The position numbers and the translations under genes are program-made. Below the pieces are notes generated by a model. That model was not told the origin of the DNA. It worked only from the letters and a program-made list of their open reading frames with translations, and did not search any database. From the NCBI GenBank assembly GCA_964353135.1, contig CAYGTV010000001.1:309497-373496 (forward strand): 64,000 bases of DNA, read 5' to 3'. The stretch is from an uncultured Candidatus Saccharibacteria bacterium. Its GTDB lineage: Bacteria > Patescibacteriota > Minisyncoccia > Phycocordibacterales > UBA918. Position 1 is the first letter of the stretch, and the number at the start of each line of letters is the position of its first letter. Positions 60,993-64,000 of this stretch are shown in pieces.

Positions 60993-62885
60993 CTACCCAG
61001 TCCAGTTAAATAACAAGATCGAAAAATCTGTCAAACTAACATTTCCATCTTGGTTAATGTCTGCTGGTGGATCTGAATCACCACCATTGGTCTGCCACCA
61101 AAACAGCATGATAGAAAAGTCGATCAGGTTGACAGAACCGTCTCGGTTCAAATCCGGTGCCAAGGGTGTGTCTGCATCTTGGCCAATACCATAAAACTCG
61201 TAGTCCGAGAATCCTGACTTTCGACCACCAGCTTGCTCAGCGTTTGCGCGCACACGGTATGTGTCGCGACCAAGACCAGCTGTGTTATATGTAACTCGCC
61301 ACTCGCCATCGCCATCAGAAAACGCAGTCAACACCTCTGTACCAGTGCCGTCAGCCCGACCGGTCTGGATATTCACCGTCGCATCAGGCAGTGCGTACCC
61401 AGAAAACGTAATGATTTCTCCCGGCTCTGCTGGGTTTGGCGACACTAAAATAGATGGGGCTATATTGATGTTAGATAGCCGTGAAGCTCTAGCTCCACTC
61501 ACTGTAAAAGAAGTGCTAAAGGTACTGGAACGCTCCCCTTCTAAGTCCTCTGCATACACACCAAACGTATAGGCTCCTCGAGCAATCTGATCAAGCAAGA
61601 CTGAATATGCACCATCATTATTAGCACTTCGGGTAGCAGCGATTTGTCCGTCAACCATAATGGTTACTCTCGCCCCCGGGTAGGCATACCCAGAAATTGT
61701 TACCTGACCATCACCACTTTCATATGGCCCGTCAGATGACTCAAATCCGCCACCGCTGGTATCACCGTTATCTCTACCACCACCACCACCACCTCCTCCT
61801 CCAGAACCACCGGAACCGCTAGTGCTTCCTTCAAGCGGTTCTTCTCCGTCAGAATCACCAGCCGTTCCTCCACCACCGGACCCTGAACCAGTACCACTAT
61901 CCCCAGATCCGGTTCCATCTCCACTGTTATCCCCCTCCTCGTTAGCTGTACCAGTTGGTGTGTCGTTTACCGTGAACTGAATTAGGTAGTCATCAATGTT
62001 AAAGTTTCCTTCATCATCGACGCAGCGTACATAATATGAAGCCACCGTACCAGGTGTAACAGCTACAATGGTTGAATGTTGCAAAAAACCAGTATTACTA
62101 AAGAAATTTGGTTGCGCTAAATAGTCAGTATCAGGGACGGTATCAAACCGACAGATTGCCAACTCGTCAGTTTCTAGTGAGATCTCTACATTTAGTGTCG
62201 TTCCACCTACCGTACTAGTTGGTGATCCGTTAAACCGAACTGGCGGAATTTCCTCCGTAGTGTCAACTGGACCAATGGTGACTTTTTCATTTATAAAAAT
62301 GACAAAATCTGTGTTCGCGACCAATACTCCATCGATGACTACTAAAGGTATCTCGTGCACACCAAGTGTGCCAGGATTGCTGACTGGCTCTATGTCTGCC
62401 GGGAGCGTTGTGGTTCCAGTAGTTGTGCTGAACTCAAAGCGTGTTCCAAATGAACCCGTCGTATGGTTCCCAACCCTCAGTTCTAGCTCACTCTCTGGTG
62501 CAATTGTCACATCCGGACCTAGTGCATACCGCACAGTTCCCCCGCTACCGCGGGTAATAGAAACTGCATCCACACCAACAGCAGTCGTAGTTCCAGCAGT
62601 CCTTGGGACCCCATCTATCCTCAGTTCAACATTGCGCTCAGAAAACGTGGAGGTAGCACTAGTAACAATGAAGTCAGCTGGGAATCGCACCTCCAGATAC
62701 GCCCCTGGATCAATTGTCACTTTGGGCGTAAAGCGCATCGTGTGGTTTGACTGCTCGTTGGGACCCGAATCACTAAGTGTATCGCTAAACTGACCAATAT
62801 TGATTGCTTGGGTTGTGTTCGGATACACATACCCCACAAACAAGACAACAAAACATATCAGCAGCCAGTTACGCAAAGCGGTCAT
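60993..62885 (-). CDS. Secreted modular protein: signal anchor, N-terminal domain related to that of 24604..25743, Ig-like domains, long Gly/Ser/Asp linker, C-terminal dockerin. Domain paralog of 26346..27446.
   Basis: ATG verified at 62885..62883 (MTALRNWLLICFVVLFVGYVYPNTTQA). GSGSGGGGTAGDSDGEEPLEGSTSGSGGSGGGGGGGGG. C-terminal DLNRDGSVNLIDFSIMLFWWQTNGGDSDPPADINQDGNVSLTDFSILLFNWTG. Confidence 0.75.
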   Translation of the reverse strand: MTALRNWLLICFVVLFVGYVYPNTTQAINIGQFSDTLSDSGPNEQSNHTMRFTPKVTIDPGAYLEVRFPADFIVTSATSTFSERNVELRIDGVPRTAGTTTAVGVDAVSITRGSGGTVRYALGPDVTIAPESELELRVGNHTTGSFGTRFEFSTTTGTTTLPADIEPVSNPGTLGVHEIPLVVIDGVLVANTDFVIFINEKVTIGPVDTTEEIPPVRFNGSPTSTVGGTTLNVEISLETDELAICRFDTVPDTDYLAQPNFFSNTGFLQHSTIVAVTPGTVASYYVRCVDDEGNFNIDDYLIQFTVNDTPTGTANEEGDNSGDGTGSGDSGTGSGSGGGGTAGDSDGEEPLEGSTSGSGGSGGGGGGGGGRDNGDTSGGGFESSDGPYESGDGQVTISGYAYPGARVTIMVDGQIAATRSANNDGAYSVLLDQIARGAYTFGVYAEDLEGERSSTFSTSFTVSGARASRLSNINIAPSILVSPNPAEPGEIITFSGYALPDATVNIQTGRADGTGTEVLTAFSDGDGEWRVTYNTAGLGRDTYRVRANAEQAGGRKSGFSDYEFYGIGQDADTPLAPDLNRDGSVNLIDFSIMLFWWQTNGGDSDPPADINQDGNVSLTDFSILLFNWTG

Positions 62886-62934
62886 AGCACTATTGTACTG
62901 CACAGTCTGGATGTTTTTTGCTTGATTCCACGGT

Positions 62935-63378
62935 TTACACTGGGAGACCTTGTCGTTCTTTTGTACGGAGATAATCCAGCACGTAGTTAAGCACAAGCAA
63001 TATCAGCTGTATCAATAGGATTGCCGCCAACAGGTAGGTGGTTGCTTGGTTGCTAGACTGAGTCGAGCCTTGCGCCAGACCTAGTTCTATCTCTCTTTCA
63101 GCAACCACCTGTTCTCTTGACGCCAACAACTGCTGCTGCTTGGTTAGTTCGGCTGTGATTTGATTAATCTCGGTGGGACGAACTGACGCTGATGCCCCAA
63201 CTACTGTCGCGTAGAGACTATCAGTCGCTTCGGTAAACACCACCGCTGTCCGCTCATCAACCAAGCCACTTTGAAACACGAGAATACAAGCTGTTACTAC
63301 AACTGATACTCTCAGCACACTTCTGTACAATAACGACTGGTCCATGGTCCACTGATTATACCAAATATTTCTAGGCAA
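62935..63378 (-). CDS. Hypothetical membrane protein (two TM segments; QQ/coiled-coil central region).
   Basis: 147-aa ORF. The likely true start is the internal Met (MDQSLLYRSVLRVSVVVTACILVF). C-terminal TM: TYLLAAILLIQLILLVLNYVL. Confidence 0.5.
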   Translation of the reverse strand: MPRNIWYNQWTMDQSLLYRSVLRVSVVVTACILVFQSGLVDERTAVVFTEATDSLYATVVGASASVRPTEINQITAELTKQQQLLASREQVVAEREIELGLAQGSTQSSNQATTYLLAAILLIQLILLVLNYVLDYLRTKERQGLPV

Positions 63379-64000
63379 ACAGAACTAGCATGACCAGCAT
63401 AAACAGAGCAAGTACAGTCAGTACAGCAACAACCAGTAGTAGTGTGTTTGACGAACTTGGCTGCCGTCGGCGGTTCAATCGGCGGCCGGTTGTCATTTGT
63501 GCCAAAGTTCGACGAATGTAAATCTTGACACCAATGATTGTAGACACCAGGAGCACTCCAAGGACTGCAGCGGCTGGACCAATGATGTTTAGTGGTAACA
63601 CCCAAAACGTAACAGTACTACTCATAGTTTTACGCGCGCCTTCCTCGCCATAGACAGGAGTCACTCTTGCCTCATATCGACCAAAACCAACACCATCGCC
63701 AAGCCAATTTACTTCACCAAACTCTCTTGTTTCACCAGGAAAGATGCCCGCCCGTTCTGCGTTAAAATTAATCGTGCCTACAGTCCGCCCAAGTGAGTTA
63801 GTGATCTCTAGCGGTCCAGTTGGTCGCACGAGCACATCCCCATTGTTTTCGATTCGCACATTGAAATCGACGTTTTGTGAACCATACAGGAACTTGCCGG
63901 TTGAGAACTGGCGAATGCTGGCTGACTCTTCACAATCCCCATTAATTCTGATACTGACAATGTTTGCGACTTGGTAACCTATCGCCGCTCCACTTCTTTC
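63371..64000 (-). CDS. DUF916/DUF3324-like surface protein paralog, 5'-truncated by the window edge. C-terminal TM + RRTLAQM...RRRQ tail.
   Basis: The track 'M' at 63859 is a GTG. I translated the frame by hand and it stays open to position 64000 (...ERSGAAIGYQVANIVSIRINGDCEESASIRQFSTGKFLYGSQNVDFN-V-RIENNGDVLVRPTGP...). Homologous to the other three paralogs (NVRIENNGDV.., GRYEARVTPVYGEE.., FWVLPLNIIGPAAAVLGVLLVSTIIGVKIYIRR). Confidence 0.65.
   Translation of the reverse strand, partial: ERSGAAIGYQVANIVSIRINGDCEESASIRQFSTGKFLYGSQNVDFNVRIENNGDVLVRPTGPLEITNSLGRTVGTINFNAERAGIFPGETREFGEVNWLGDGVGFGRYEARVTPVYGEEGARKTMSSTVTFWVLPLNIIGPAAAVLGVLLVSTIIGVKIYIRRTLAQMTTGRRLNRRRQPSSSNTLLLVVAVLTVLALFMLVMLVLFA

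Noticed and set aside
61770-61815. GGT/GGA-rich low-complexity DNA (ggtggtggtggtggtgga...).
   Set aside because: It is an in-frame Gly-linker coding region (GSGGSGGGGGGGGG), not a CRISPR repeat, SSR contingency locus or mobile-element end.
63371-63859. Apparent complete 162-aa ORF starting with 'M' at 63859.
   Set aside because: The codon at 63859..63857 is GTG, not ATG, and the frame is open all the way to 64000 with paralog-like sequence. I treat it as a 5'-truncated gene, not a complete ORF.
1-64000. Search for tRNA, rRNA, CRISPR arrays, IS elements or integrases.
   Set aside because: No direct-repeat/spacer periodicity, no transposase/integrase-like ORF, no inverted terminal repeats flanking a gene, and no cloverleaf-compatible intergenic segment. 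The intergenic space is under 1.6 kb in total.

Overview
The window is a single-orientation gene array on the minus strand: all 30 protein-coding genes I can support are on that strand, packed tightly with several 1-35 nt stop/start overlaps, and every sizeable plus-strand ORF in the track lies antisense inside these genes. It is dominated by very large repetitive secreted or surface proteins. A few housekeeping genes are interspersed: tgt, an FKBP-type PPIase, an AI-2E family transporter, a MacB/FtsX-type ABC transporter pair and an Hsp20 chaperone.

The large proteins are:
- a 24.2-kb ORF (34656-58832) encoding an 8058-aa protein built from about nine DUF2341-like + LamG-like modules;
- a 2047-aa protein (12249-18392);
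- a repeat protein with an autotransporter-passenger-like (PATR-like) N-terminus (2961-5456);
- a partial tail-fibre/YadA-head-like repeat protein (1-2760).

The most interesting structure is a set of families that recur across the window:
- four paralogous signal-peptide proteins with a beta-rich ectodomain ending in a single C-terminal TM helix plus basic tail, resembling DUF916/DUF3324 anchors of Gram-positive WxL/Csc loci; one copy is fused to a LytR_C domain, and one is cut by the window edge;
- four large secreted proteins that share two types of conserved C-terminal ~180-250-aa domain: the 8058-aa protein with a 644-aa protein, and the 2047-aa protein with a 379-aa protein;
- cohesin-like (x4) and dockerin (x3) modules;
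- a thioredoxin-fold protein with no cysteines;
- a 4xFN3 protein.

I interpret this as a previously undescribed Csc/WxL-like cell-surface complex locus, plausibly from a CPR/Patescibacteria-like organism. Within it, the 8058-aa giant is apparently co-transcribed with the FN3 protein and the ABC exporter.

I found no rRNA, tRNA, CRISPR array or obvious mobile element. The ORF track translates non-ATG starts as M: the 'M' at 63859 is GTG, and that ORF is open to the window edge.
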